This document shows positions 17,888 through 27,545 of a stretch of 64,000 bases of DNA, piece after piece (positions within the stretch are counted from its first letter, which is position 1; each line of letters begins with the position of its first letter). The stretch lies in the IMG/VR virus record IMGVR_UViG_3300020045_010841, positions 68,389-132,388 of that record. One strand, 5' to 3'. The notes beneath the pieces are model-generated. The model was not told where the DNA came from and ran no database searches. It worked only from the letters and a program-made list of their open reading frames with translations. The position numbers were made by a program, and so were the translations under genes. Source of the stretch: a virus.

Positions 17888-18139
17888 TCAATATATTTCA
17901 TATTGTGGTTCGATATTTTTATTTATAAATTCGGTGGTGAATTCTCGATAGGTATATATTTTACCAAATGGTCTTGAATAAAATACATCTCCTTTACCTT
18001 TACCAAATACATAATACATATCAGTAATTTTACTATCTTTATAAAAATTATTCTTTCGTGCTGGCAGTGAATTATTTTCATCAAACCATTTCCCGATGAA
18101 TTGTTGTTCTTGTAAATTATTAGGTTTTATACACCACAT
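17888..18139 (-). CDS. EPQYEIY-tag family protein
   Basis: start MWCIKP; C-term EPQYEIY* (TGA). Confidence 0.8.
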   Translation of the reverse strand: MWCIKPNNLQEQQFIGKWFDENNSLPARKNNFYKDSKITDMYYVFGKGKGDVFYSRPFGKIYTYREFTTEFINKNIEPQYEIY

Positions 18140-18140
18140 A

Positions 18141-18380
18141 TTATTTCTTTTTAAATTGTTCAAACCATACTCTAAAAGGAGTTCTTTGTGTATATTTCTG
18201 TTGAAATTTATATTCATTAGCCATTCCAGCATTATAAGCATTTTTTAAATCTTCCTCACTATACATTCTTTCTCGTTGCCATTTAGCACCATCAATAAAT
18301 GATTTATAATCGCCAAAAGCATTAATAGTATTCAAATTATAGTTTTCAGCAGCTTCTTCAAGTGTTTCTTGTTTATTCAT
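18141..18380 (-). CDS. hypothetical protein
   Basis: QETLEEAAE...FIDGAKWQ..RMYSEED phage-type ORF. Confidence 0.75.
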   Translation of the reverse strand: MNKQETLEEAAENYNLNTINAFGDYKSFIDGAKWQRERMYSEEDLKNAYNAGMANEYKFQQKYTQRTPFRVWFEQFKKK

Positions 18381-19020
18381 CTTCTTCTAATTTTAATTGA
18401 TAACCAAATTCAATAGCAAGAGCAATTTCATTATATATGCTTTGACCTATATACTTATCAAGATATTTTACAACTCTTTCCCCTCTTGCTTCTGTTATAG
18501 TAATTTGCTGTTCTATTTCTTCAATAGTGATTTCTTGTTTAGGTTTTTCTTTTGGAATGATTATTACAGCTTTACTATTAAAATCAAAAGTATATCTAAT
18601 CTCAACCTCCTCACAACTTGGATTTTTAACAAACCACTCTAAGAAATCATCATCAATATCTTGTACACCATTTTTGATTAAGTCTTGGTCTGTTGTTAGG
18701 ATTATTTTTTTACACCATCCACCATTAGGATAAGTAATAAGAGGTTCTTTTCTAACAATATCCTCTGTAACTTTTATAGGTTTAAAAACAGTTCTTCTAC
18801 TTATTTCGCCAACTACATTAATTACATAACAATCACAATTAGTAATTTCTTCATCAGAAGTGATGTAAATGTTTTGGTTTTGACCTATTGGAGGTACATT
18901 ATTTGCAAGTTCATCAAATACAAATAGTTCTTTTTTAGCTCTACCTATAAATAGCTTACTTGGTTTATCCGTTGGTAATACGTGTATATTTTTATTTCTC
19001 TTTTCCATAAAATTTGACAT
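18373..19020 (-). CDS. hypothetical protein
   Basis: NIHVLPTDKPS...KKIILTTDQDLI...DDFLEWFVKNPSCE. Confidence 0.75.
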   Translation of the reverse strand: MSNFMEKRNKNIHVLPTDKPSKLFIGRAKKELFVFDELANNVPPIGQNQNIYITSDEEITNCDCYVINVVGEISRRTVFKPIKVTEDIVRKEPLITYPNGGWCKKIILTTDQDLIKNGVQDIDDDFLEWFVKNPSCEEVEIRYTFDFNSKAVIIIPKEKPKQEITIEEIEQQITITEARGERVVKYLDKYIGQSIYNEIALAIEFGYQLKLEEDE

Positions 19021-19381
19021 ATTTCATATTACTCAATCGTTCTTGTATTCTCTCTTGAATTAATCGAACACTTTCTGGTGTGGGTGTCCAATCATTCATT
19101 AAATGTTTAGGTATATCCGAAAATGAATCTGATTTGTCTTCAATGTTAAATCCACGATTACGGCATTCAATAACGAGTTCATTGTAGCGACGTTCGATAT
19201 AACCTACTTTGTTATAGAAAAATTTAACGTGTCCTTTACCTAAGGTAAAATGACGCGGTATATCTTTAATAATAGCGCGACCAGATTTGATTGTGTTAGG
19301 TATACGCGTTATTTCGCGTATTTCTGCGAGTACATGAGCGTCACATAATTCTTGTACGGGTATAGTGTTTATTCGAGTCAT
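18992..19381 (-). CDS. denV: pyrimidine-dimer DNA glycosylase (T4 endonuclease V family)
   Basis: MTRIN...EL.D.H.LAE.RE..RI, FTLGKGHVKFFYNK, EC..RGF. Confidence 0.93.
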   Translation of the reverse strand: MTRINTIPVQELCDAHVLAEIREITRIPNTIKSGRAIIKDIPRHFTLGKGHVKFFYNKVGYIERRYNELVIECRNRGFNIEDKSDSFSDIPKHLMNDWTPTPESVRLIQERIQERLSNMKYVKFYGKEK

Positions 19382-19436
19382 AAATTTTTATTTATGTAAA
19401 TATACGAATGTTGTTATATAATATTACGTCCTTTAT

Positions 19437-19679
19437 TTAATAAATTTCGTATTGAGGTTCTGTCGATGTGTTGTTTGTTTTATCGTGGTCAATCATAATT
19501 TCTGTAATACCTCGATATCCAATAACTGAATATGACGTTCCACCAACATCTGTTATTTCAACTTGTTTACCTCGAATATCAATTTCTTTATAATTGATTT
19601 GGAAGTTATAACCATCATAACCTTTATAGAGTATTAAATCTTCCCTAATCCAAATTTTATCACCTACTTTATATTTCAT
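19437..19679 (-). CDS. EPQYEIY-tag family protein (paralog of 23895-24149)
   Basis: KYKVGDKIWIREDL...DIRGK.VEI...MIDH; EPQYEIY*. Confidence 0.82.
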   Translation of the reverse strand: MKYKVGDKIWIREDLILYKGYDGYNFQINYKEIDIRGKQVEITDVGGTSYSVIGYRGITEIMIDHDKTNNTSTEPQYEIY

Positions 19680-19681
19680 AA

Positions 19682-20023
19682 CTATTTATTATTTAATTTA
19701 TACCAAGTATTAAATTGTTCATCGGTCAATTCATCGCCATTCAATATGAATATTGTTTTATTTAATATTCGTGGTGTTGATAAGATGTATTTTAATTCAG
19801 CACACGTATAACTAATTTTGGTTTGTAATGGGAATTTAATGTCGTCTAATACGAAATAAATCAAACTACATTCTTGACATGCTAATTTTACAACTGGTAT
19901 TACCCCCCAATTAAATACTTGATCCCAATTTGATATGACTTCAGAAAAGGGGAATGTACTATGTGATGAATTAAGTGTTCGTTTGAATGTGGATGTATTA
20001 TATATCCCAAGTAGTATATTCAT
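19682..20023 (-). CDS. hypothetical protein
   Basis: ORF downstream of promoter. Confidence 0.65.
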   Translation of the reverse strand: MNILLGIYNTSTFKRTLNSSHSTFPFSEVISNWDQVFNWGVIPVVKLACQECSLIYFVLDDIKFPLQTKISYTCAELKYILSTPRILNKTIFILNGDELTDEQFNTWYKLNNK

Positions 20024-20037
20024 AACTTTTTATTTGG

Positions 20038-20075
20038 GTAAATATACGAAAGGTCCCTTACGGGACCTATTCCTT
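20038..20075 (-). promoter_or_regulatory. promoter with GC stem-loop in its spacer
   Basis: AAGGAAT-AGGTCCC-GTAA-GGGACCT-TTCGTATATTTAC; near-identical copy at 35743-35780. Confidence 0.7.
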
Positions 20076-20868
20076 ATTTAATATCTTCATGATGTGTTTT
20101 GAATACACTATCTGTTTGTTTGGATAAGAATCCATATTGGAAATTGATTTGTTTACAACCAATTATTTTATTATATAAATTATTTGGTAATGTATCTAGC
20201 AATGTGTTATTTTTATTTGCAATGATTTGACATTCCTTTTCAATATTAAAATATTCCTCACGCTGCGATTCAATAAATGTGGATAAATCTTTATAAAATT
20301 CTGTGAATTCAGAATATGGTATTTGTTGGTTTTCCTGCACCCATTTCCAAGCAACTCCTGAACCGTCTTTACGATTCTCCATTATAATGGTAGTAACTTG
20401 TATAAATGTTTCTTTATTTAAATTGGTTATTTTTTCTTTCTGTAAATATGTTTTCCACATCTTATCGTAAAATCCTAACTTCTCTTGGACTTTTTGGTTA
20501 TATATGTTGTGGTATTGTATCGAATGGTTATATATAAATTTGGTTTGTTTATAAAAATAAATAATACCCCAAAAGAATAAAAGTAATATAACGTATTTGA
20601 TATATGACTTGTAATTGAATTTGAATGCAGCATCTTTATCATATTTATCAGAAAACCCCTCATTAAATAAATAATTCCCCACAGGAACAATAATTAATAA
20701 TGCTGAAGTAATATAACCTACTAAATTAATAAATGTATGTAACCCCCCAAAGAGAATATAACTCCCCCCAGCTTCATCTCCTGGTAAAACCGTGTCTACA
20801 TATATAGATACTATTAAACCTAATAATAACCCAATTCCTACACTTATAATACTATTTAACTTTGTCAT
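20074..20868 (-). CDS. membrane protein with LemA-like coiled-coil C-terminus
   Basis: three hydrophobic segments, then a helical domain ending NTLLDTLPNNL. Confidence 0.65.
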   Translation of the reverse strand: MTKLNSIISVGIGLLLGLIVSIYVDTVLPGDEAGGSYILFGGLHTFINLVGYITSALLIIVPVGNYLFNEGFSDKYDKDAAFKFNYKSYIKYVILLLFFWGIIYFYKQTKFIYNHSIQYHNIYNQKVQEKLGFYDKMWKTYLQKEKITNLNKETFIQVTTIIMENRKDGSGVAWKWVQENQQIPYSEFTEFYKDLSTFIESQREEYFNIEKECQIIANKNNTLLDTLPNNLYNKIIGCKQINFQYGFLSKQTDSVFKTHHEDIK

Positions 20869-20885
20869 AACTATTTGTTTTTGGT

Positions 20886-21158
20886 TTATAATTTAACTGC
20901 GGTATTCATTTTAACACCAATAGGTTTGTTTAGTGTTCCGGCTGATTTGGCTCGTGATTTGTATTGGCGAGTTCCTGCCGGTACCGACTTGCCGTCTGCT
21001 CCTCGATATACAGTATCGACTAATTCATCTCGAATTTCCGTGAATTTACAATCAACTAATTTCCAACCAGCTTTACGTACGGCAGAACCAATTGTCTCTT
21101 TTTTAGATTGGATTTGATTGTGTTTTTGGAGGGTTTTGTTTGTGATTTGAATATACAT
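20886..21158 (-). CDS. basic hypothetical protein
   Basis: ORF downstream of promoter. Confidence 0.65.
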   Translation of the reverse strand: MYIQITNKTLQKHNQIQSKKETIGSAVRKAGWKLVDCKFTEIRDELVDTVYRGADGKSVPAGTRQYKSRAKSAGTLNKPIGVKMNTAVKL

Positions 21159-21227
21159 TTCTGATATTTTAAATTATTAATATGTAAATATATGAATATT
21201 ATTTTAAAAATATATGCCTTAAAAATA

Positions 21228-21760
21228 CACTTTTTACAGAAGTGTGAAACTGCTTTGCATAAAAACTTAGCACCCTCTTTCTTATTATATCTGACTAATA
21301 CCAGATAGTATTGAGACGTAAATAGATAATAAGAGTAGGGTCACGCAGTATTGGGTCTTTAATATTTTAGATGTTATTTTCTGACCATATCTGTTTTGCT
21401 GAGAACTCATTTGTGTTGTGCGGCATTGACTTCCTCTTTCCACATAAACTCCGACGTTTCAACTCTCTATTGAAACAACACATCTAACATTACTGCACCA
21501 GCTCTAAGCTCATCTCTCACCTTCAAATCTAGCATAGAATATTTTGGGTGACTGGCATCCTGTCAATTCAGGATTAGTATCTTTATGTAAATTATGGTCC
21601 ATTCTCTAAATAGATTTCTTTTCCGGTTATTCTCTATTTACTAATTCCTTAGTAATTTACAAAGGTATTCAATGTTTAACCTTAGCTTCTAACAGATTAT
21701 AAGTTCTGACGCTTTACACAGCTTAGCTATTTTATAATAAGTGAGATCAGTAGGGATTTG
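21228..21760 (-). ncRNA. candidate large (~530 nt) structured RNA
   Basis: ORF-free, higher GC than flanks, several nested complementary segments. Confidence 0.5.
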
Positions 21761-21763
21761 ATA

Positions 21764-21982
21764 TTATTGTCCAGCTAACGCTCTTTTTTCAACATATCGA
21801 CGTTGTTGAGCGGATAGTTTACTTGTTTTATTCTTTACCAATTCATATTCAGATAAAATATCTTCGAATGGTACTGAATTAATCCAACGTTCTGTTGGTT
21901 TTTGCTTCAAATAAGCAGTGATTAATTCTTCTTTGTTTGGTAAATCTTTTACCGACTCGTAAAATGGATTTGTTGGACTCAT
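21764..21982 (-). CDS. hypothetical protein
   Basis: EYELVKNKTSKLSAQQRRYV; start trimmed to MSPTN. Confidence 0.65.
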   Translation of the reverse strand: MSPTNPFYESVKDLPNKEELITAYLKQKPTERWINSVPFEDILSEYELVKNKTSKLSAQQRRYVEKRALAGQ

Positions 21983-21984
21983 AA

Positions 21985-22236
21985 TTAATTTATTTGATTT
22001 GTATATTGTAATAATAAACAACCTATATATATTCCACTCTCCTTTTTGGTTAAACCTGTACCTTTAAGTAGGTATGATTGTAATTGTGGTATGCTGTTTA
22101 TTTGATTAACTTGGTTTGCTACTACCATAACTGTAGCAGGACTTAAAAATTTACCTGTATTGAAAGCATCATAAGCTAAATGAGCTAATTCTTGATCTAA
22201 TAATGGTTGTTTGATAATATCGGTAAGTACACACAT
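21985..22236 (-). CDS. hypothetical protein
   Basis: ORF downstream of promoter. Confidence 0.65.
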   Translation of the reverse strand: MCVLTDIIKQPLLDQELAHLAYDAFNTGKFLSPATVMVVANQVNQINSIPQLQSYLLKGTGLTKKESGIYIGCLLLQYTNQIN

Positions 22237-22309
22237 AACTATTTTATTTTAAATTAATAACTTAATCTTATATGTAAATATACGAATAATATATTATTAA
22301 TCCAAGACC

Positions 22310-22537
22310 TTAATAAATTTCGTATTGTGGTTCTTGGGTTTGCGTTCCGTAATCGACTATTATCCATATTCCCTCATTGAAATAATCGAGGATTTGACTA
22401 TTATGGTAAGAACTAGTACAAGTATCCCAACAAACATTAGAATGTTTTGCATCTATGAAAGATAGTGAATAAACTTGTTTTGCAGATCTGTGCTTGAATT
22501 TAAAACCTAATACCTGTGATATATCAGTATATTTCAT
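22310..22537 (-). CDS. EPQYEIY-tag family protein
   Basis: ATG lies inside the upstream tag (TATGAAATATAC); EPQYEIY*. Confidence 0.78.
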   Translation of the reverse strand: MKYTDISQVLGFKFKHRSAKQVYSLSFIDAKHSNVCWDTCTSSYHNSQILDYFNEGIWIIVDYGTQTQEPQYEIY

Positions 22538-22808
22538 ATGTTGGTTCATTAGTTATTAATTTAATATTAGAAACAGTATTTGTTTTTAAATATGATTCAG
22601 AACCACTAGATACACTCCACCCATATTTGTAATTAGTTCCAGATTTTTTAACAACCTCCTCCCAATAACCATTTTTATAATCATTCATTATGAAATATTT
22701 ATTACCGCTAAAATAAATTTCGGCGGATGGTATTTCTGTTCCACCAATAATACAAGATATTTCTTTACCAACTAAATCCGGTGTAATTTCAAATATTTCC
22801 ATAACCAT
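22524..22808 (-). CDS. EPQYEIY-tag family protein (paralog of 32250-32510)
   Basis: D.VGK.I.C.I.G; EPTYEIY*. Confidence 0.8.
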   Translation of the reverse strand: MVMEIFEITPDLVGKEISCIIGGTEIPSAEIYFSGNKYFIMNDYKNGYWEEVVKKSGTNYKYGWSVSSGSESYLKTNTVSNIKLITNEPTYEIY

Positions 22809-22909
22809 TTTATTTTATTCGCCACAAAAACCGGCCATTGGCCGGTTAGTGACGATTATTTGATGTGTTGAACTTATCTGTTTTGATCCTTTCACATAAT
22901 CGGGTTTTG

Positions 22910-23368
22910 TTATTCTGCTGTACCTAAGGCACCCATCAATTTGGTGAAGAACAATCCTTTTTGATCTTCGGCACTTAAGAATGTTTTGGCTTCTGCTTCC
23001 AACGCTCTCAATTTATCCAACTCATCTTTGTGGTTGATAATTTGGATTCTCAAGGAAATGTCTTTTTTCCAATCTGCGGCACTACCACCATCCACTACGA
23101 ATTCCGGATATGACTCAACTCCCAAATCTTTTGCGGCATTAGCATACGCTTCTGATCTTCCTTTCACAGATGAATAAGCTTTTACTAAATTGTCGACTTT
23201 GGTTTCTTTACCCAAATCTCCGAATCCGGACAATTGCATTGTTGTTTTGAATTTACTTGTTTCAATACCTTTGAATGTTTTGATCTTGTCTTGGATCGCA
23301 ACCAATACGTTAGGGATTGTTAATTCAGCTCCTGTTGACAAACTTGTTGTTCCTGTACTTGTACTCAT
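22910..23368 (-). CDS. hypothetical early protein
   Basis: 152 aa, downstream of four tandem promoters, followed by GC hairpin near 22830. Confidence 0.8.
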   Translation of the reverse strand: MSTSTGTTSLSTGAELTIPNVLVAIQDKIKTFKGIETSKFKTTMQLSGFGDLGKETKVDNLVKAYSSVKGRSEAYANAAKDLGVESYPEFVVDGGSAADWKKDISLRIQIINHKDELDKLRALEAEAKTFLSAEDQKGLFFTKLMGALGTAE

Positions 23369-23894
23369 AATCTTTGTTTTTAATTTAATGTTAATTATTG
23401 TTTTTATTAATTCTACTTTGTAAATATACGAACTTAAATTTTTAAATCCTAATTTTTTGATGAAAATTTTAAATTTTCTTTTTTATTACTTTATGGATTT
23501 TTATTTATATATTAACCTTATTACTTTGTAAATATACGAATTTTAAATTTAAAATCCAAATTTACTTTTAAAATAAAAATAAGTAATAAACTGCTCTGTT
23601 AGATAGACGTTTGAGCTAATGGTCTTTTTATTACTTATCTTATTTTGTAAATATACGAATTCAAATTTTAATATCAAAATTAATTTATAAAAGCTTTTTA
23701 AAATTTATTATATTTCGGCGTTTAACACGGCGATATCGGTGTTTGTGTTTAATTTAAGTTACTCACACGGCATATCGGCTTATAACTTAATTAAGGCGAA
23801 TAGTGTAACACTTTTATAAATCAAAATTTCAAATAACTTATTAACCTTTCAACCTTGTAAATATACGAATTTATATTATGAAAAACAAATTTTC

Positions 23895-24149
23895 TTAATA
23901 AATCTCGTATTGTAAACTTGGTTCGACGTTGTGTGCTGTTTTGGTGTGATCGATCATGGAATCATAAAAAGCTTTATAACCACAGCAATCATAATTAAGA
24001 ATAGCGATATCGATTTTAATTATTTCAACCAATTTACCCCTAATATCTGTTTCTCCTATCGAAATTCGATAAACGTTACCATGGTTATCAGTCCATCCTA
24101 TATGAATATCGTCTCGAATCCATACTTTATCCCCTACTTTATATCTCAT
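23895..24149 (-). CDS. EPQYEIY-tag family protein
   Basis: C-term EPSLQYEIY*. Confidence 0.8.
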   Translation of the reverse strand: MRYKVGDKVWIRDDIHIGWTDNHGNVYRISIGETDIRGKLVEIIKIDIAILNYDCCGYKAFYDSMIDHTKTAHNVEPSLQYEIY

Positions 24150-24155
24150 GGCATG

Positions 24156-24398
24156 TTATTTAAATTCGATTGAACCTTCTAACAATCCATATCTGGATTT
24201 TTCACTGAAATAGAATTGATGAGTGATTGTATCCTCAGTTACAATCCATAAATCACCCTCTTTCCATGTTGCATTAATGAATCTGTGGTTTGGTTGTAAT
24301 GTAACAACCTCTTTACCACCCCAATGTCTTGCTCTTGTATTTTCTGTACAAGATAACAATGATAATAGGACTAAACCTAAAAATAATACTTTTTTCAT
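24156..24398 (-). CDS. putative lipoprotein
   Basis: MKKVLFLGLVLLSLLSC lipobox; CTENTRARHWGG. Confidence 0.75.
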   Translation of the reverse strand: MKKVLFLGLVLLSLLSCTENTRARHWGGKEVVTLQPNHRFINATWKEGDLWIVTEDTITHQFYFSEKSRYGLLEGSIEFK

Positions 24399-24611
24399 AA
24401 TCTTAATTTTGGGTAAATATACGAATAAAATATTAAATAATCTATTCCTTATTTATAAATTGTAACTTTAGGAGGGACTTGAAATGCTCTCACTTTTAAC
24501 CACTCAATTAAGTTACTGTAATTCGATCTTGCGCTGTTTTTAGACATAATTGCTGTTTTAAATTATTAATTTTGGGTAAATATACGAATAATATTATAAT
24601 AAATATATTCC

Positions 24612-24875
24612 TTAGAAAATTTCGTAATGACCATTAATAGCATATGATGGATCCATTTTCATTATTTGTTCATAACTAACGGGATTATTTAAAGCATATA
24701 GTTCCATACTATTATTAGCTATAAAATCATCCTTGAAAAAATGCCCACAGTCACTATGATAAACTTCAGTATACCAGATTTCATTATATCCCAATTCTTT
24801 TACTATGTGGGAAAATTTAAAATATCCATTAACTTTTCCTTTTTGATACCAATTCCCTTTAATAAATTTAGTCAT
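24612..24875 (-). CDS. EPQYEIY-tag family protein (variant)
   Basis: C-term NGHYEIF*. Confidence 0.75.
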   Translation of the reverse strand: MTKFIKGNWYQKGKVNGYFKFSHIVKELGYNEIWYTEVYHSDCGHFFKDDFIANNSMELYALNNPVSYEQIMKMDPSYAINGHYEIF

Positions 24876-24877
24876 AA

Positions 24878-25135
24878 CTAATATATTTCGTATTGAGGTT
24901 CCGTAATTATGGACTCAATTAATTCAATTTCATTTTCTTCACAGTTCCAACAATATCCATATTTACCTTGAGGACCTGCAGAATTACCACATGAGTGACC
25001 ATAATCAATATGTTGATCAAATTCTACTGCGTATCCGATATTTCCTAATTTGAATATAGTTCCTTTTTTACCACGGATATTTCTTCCTCCCATGCTTTTT
25101 ACTATTACTCTATCTCCGATTTTAAATTGTTCCAT
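24878..25135 (-). CDS. EPQYEIY-tag family protein (SH3/KOW-like body)
   Basis: FKIGDRVIV...GKKGTI...YAVEFD; EPQYEIY*. Confidence 0.82.
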   Translation of the reverse strand: MEQFKIGDRVIVKSMGGRNIRGKKGTIFKLGNIGYAVEFDQHIDYGHSCGNSAGPQGKYGYCWNCEENEIELIESIITEPQYEIY

Positions 25136-25327
25136 AGTTATTCGGTCAATTGTTTAAGACGTTTTTCAACATCATTAATTCTATCTAGTATAATTTTTAA
25201 CATATCTAAGGTACTCATATTACTCCGGCGTTAATTTCTAATAATAACAACTCTACTTCTTCTTCGGTTTGATAACCGAATTCGGTCATATAAATACCGT
25301 CCATACTCCAAATATCATCTTTCGTCA

Positions 25328-25609
25328 TTAGTATATTTCGTATTGAGGTTCTTGACTTACTTTTCCGATAATTTTGATGTTTTCTTCTTTACTATACTCA
25401 CATCTATAACCATATCTTCCATTATCATATAATATTTCGATATAATCACCATTTAATCCAGTTATTTCTCCTTTATCACCAATATCAGCACAATACTCAC
25501 CTAATTTATTACCAAAATCACTACTATATCCATCACAAATTGTTTTGATTCTATCCCCTATATTATAACTATATATTGATGGTGATATAATTCCACTTCC
25601 TTTTTCCAT
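25328..25609 (-). CDS. EPQYEIY-tag family protein
   Basis: YNIGDRIK; EPQYEIY*. Confidence 0.8.
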   Translation of the reverse strand: MEKGSGIISPSIYSYNIGDRIKTICDGYSSDFGNKLGEYCADIGDKGEITGLNGDYIEILYDNGRYGYRCEYSKEENIKIIGKVSQEPQYEIY

Positions 25610-25611
25610 AA

Positions 25612-25872
25612 CTAATATATTTCGTATTGAGGTTCTTGAATAGTTTGAGGTTGTTTTAATACTAACTCTTTGAATTCTTCAAATGTTATTTTGGTATATC
25701 CCCCCTCCCCAATAGATGAATAATGAAGATGAGATCTATCATAATTAGGACTTACTAACCAACCTTTAAAATCAAAATCATGATCCGCGGGTAAAGTTAA
25801 CCAATATTCACGAATAATAGATTTATTTTCTTTATCTATTTTTACTTGCCATTTTGGAGGTAATATTTCCAT
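25612..25872 (-). CDS. EPQYEIY-tag family protein (LPxKW...ITFEEF subfamily)
   Basis: EPQYEIY*. Confidence 0.82.
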   Translation of the reverse strand: MEILPPKWQVKIDKENKSIIREYWLTLPADHDFDFKGWLVSPNYDRSHLHYSSIGEGGYTKITFEEFKELVLKQPQTIQEPQYEIY

Positions 25873-25873
25873 A

Positions 25874-26227
25874 TTATTTTATATATTTATTAAACATCCA
25901 TAAATCATGTTCTACAATATCAAATTTAACTTTGTCATCAATACCAAATAACTCTATAGATATTTGGGATTGTAAGGCATTAATAGTTTGTCCTCCCTTA
26001 CCTATAAGTAAACCGGGACGACCCAAAATTATTTTTATAACTAAAATACCATCTTCATTACGAACCAATATATCAGCAATTTGTAATGCAAACAGTTTAT
26101 GATAATCGATGAAATAATTATCTTCATCTAATTCTGTGAAGTAACCATAAATAATTTTCGATACTTCTCTACTTCTTTCAAAAGGATTAATGAATGTATC
26201 ATAAATGGATCTAAATATCTTTTTCAT
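25874..26227 (-). CDS. KH-domain protein (ribosomal protein S3-type KH)
   Basis: LGRPGLLIGKGGQTINALQ (GxxG loop). Confidence 0.75.
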   Translation of the reverse strand: MKKIFRSIYDTFINPFERSREVSKIIYGYFTELDEDNYFIDYHKLFALQIADILVRNEDGILVIKIILGRPGLLIGKGGQTINALQSQISIELFGIDDKVKFDIVEHDLWMFNKYIK

Positions 26228-26303
26228 AACTATTTGTTTTTATTTTACTCTGTAAATATACGAATAATATATGAGTATATTTATTCCTTTAATAAATTTC
26301 GTA
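26210..26303. repeat. 94-bp exact direct repeat, copy 1
   Basis: identical to 27908-28001; spans YEIY-stop, promoter and MKKIFR start. Confidence 0.9.
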
Positions 26304-26534
26304 TTGTGGTTCTTGATTTAATGTCATTGTAGTTGTGGTACCATCGCTAATATCTTGAACCAATTCAAAATCAGTTATAGGGAATGATCCTCTTCCATCC
26401 TGCTTGAAATATATTCTTTCTCCATCACCACAAACACGTAAAATAACACGTTCAAATCCCTTATTTAATTTATTTGGATTTGGATGTTGTGTTTTTGTAT
26501 CTCTTATTGCTCTTACTTTATCACCTTGTTTCAT
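26289..26534 (-). CDS. EPQYEIY-tag family protein
   Basis: KQGDKVRAI; EPQYEIY*. Confidence 0.82.
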   Translation of the reverse strand: MKQGDKVRAIRDTKTQHPNPNKLNKGFERVILRVCGDGERIYFKQDGRGSFPITDFELVQDISDGTTTTMTLNQEPQYEIY

Positions 26535-26536
26535 AA

Positions 26537-26830
26537 CTAATATATTTCGTATTGAGGTTCAGTTGGTAATGTTGTTATATCATAAGGTTTACCGATTCTA
26601 TCATACCCGGCTATTTCTTGTGGTGTGGCGTAACGCCAATCCTTTAAATATCCTGTTTTATTAAAAGACATAACACGATGCCCATTCTGATCGCTTCCTT
26701 GTAAATCAATTACTGGATACATTCCTTCATCATTTACTCTTTGTTTAAAACAATAATTGTTTTTAGCGCAATTATGCTTACCTGAATTTTCTACCTTTAC
26801 TGTAACTATATAATCTCCCTTTTTAAACAT
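26537..26830 (-). CDS. EPQYEIY-tag family protein
   Basis: FKKGDYIV...WRYATPQEI; EPQYEIY*. Confidence 0.82.
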   Translation of the reverse strand: MFKKGDYIVTVKVENSGKHNCAKNNYCFKQRVNDEGMYPVIDLQGSDQNGHRVMSFNKTGYLKDWRYATPQEIAGYDRIGKPYDITTLPTEPQYEIY

Positions 26831-26833
26831 ATT

Positions 26834-27109
26834 TTATGATATATGAATTAATTTACCATCTTTATCTTCTGTTCGAGTAGTATTGAATTTACCATCTAAA
26901 TATTTTAATACATCTTCCGAATACATTTGAAATGTTAATTGGAATACTTGGAAAAATTGTTGTGCTGGTATTAATTCTCTGTTTAGTGTTTCTCCTTGTT
27001 GATTAATCCATGTTTGTGGAATATTAGGAAATTCACTTACATAATATCGATAAAACCACGTTAGGTCAAATTGTCCCGAGAGACGCATTGCTATATATTC
27101 TTCTCTCAT
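26834..27109 (-). CDS. hypothetical protein
   Basis: start MREEY overlaps upstream tag stop (TAATG). Confidence 0.7.
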   Translation of the reverse strand: MREEYIAMRLSGQFDLTWFYRYYVSEFPNIPQTWINQQGETLNRELIPAQQFFQVFQLTFQMYSEDVLKYLDGKFNTTRTEDKDGKLIHIS

Positions 27110-27345
27110 TAGTATATTTCGTATTGAGGTTCTTGATTTACCAACTGTACTGTATTTGACCAAACACCACAACCTCCATCTCGAGGCCATAACACACGAC
27201 TTCCATCCTCTATGGGATTGTTCATACTTGAAATAATGAATTCATATCCTTCTTTATATCCATGTCCTCCACGATCATCACCACTATCGGAACTCCTAAA
27301 TCCAGGCAAACATCTTACTTTATCACCAATTTTAAATTCTTCCAT
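27109..27345 (-). CDS. EPQYEIY-tag family protein
   Basis: FKIGDKVRC; EPQYEIY*. Confidence 0.82.
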   Translation of the reverse strand: MEEFKIGDKVRCLPGFRSSDSGDDRGGHGYKEGYEFIISSMNNPIEDGSRVLWPRDGGCGVWSNTVQLVNQEPQYEIY

Positions 27346-27347
27346 AA

Positions 27348-27545
27348 CTAATAAATTTCGTATTGTGGTTCTTCGTTAATGACTTCATAACTTTTACCGA
27401 TAATATCATATTTAACTGAATATGGGTTTTGTGAAGGGAAATTATATTTATTATCTTTGATATGAATACCTATTTCATTTTTCTTTACACAACCACCATT
27501 AGGATAATTCTTTAGTGCTCTCAATTTTTTAGGCCACTCTCTCAT
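27348..27545 (-). CDS. EPQYEIY-tag family protein
   Basis: paralog of 12091-12285; EPQYEIY*. Confidence 0.8.
   Translation of the reverse strand: MREWPKKLRALKNYPNGGCVKKNEIGIHIKDNKYNFPSQNPYSVKYDIIGKSYEVINEEPQYEIY

Noticed and set aside
22274-22330. TACGAA/TTCGTA inverted match between promoter and tag DNA as a recombinase site
   Set aside because: Only 6-7 bp, lost in TAT-codon tag variants, and expected by chance in AT-rich DNA
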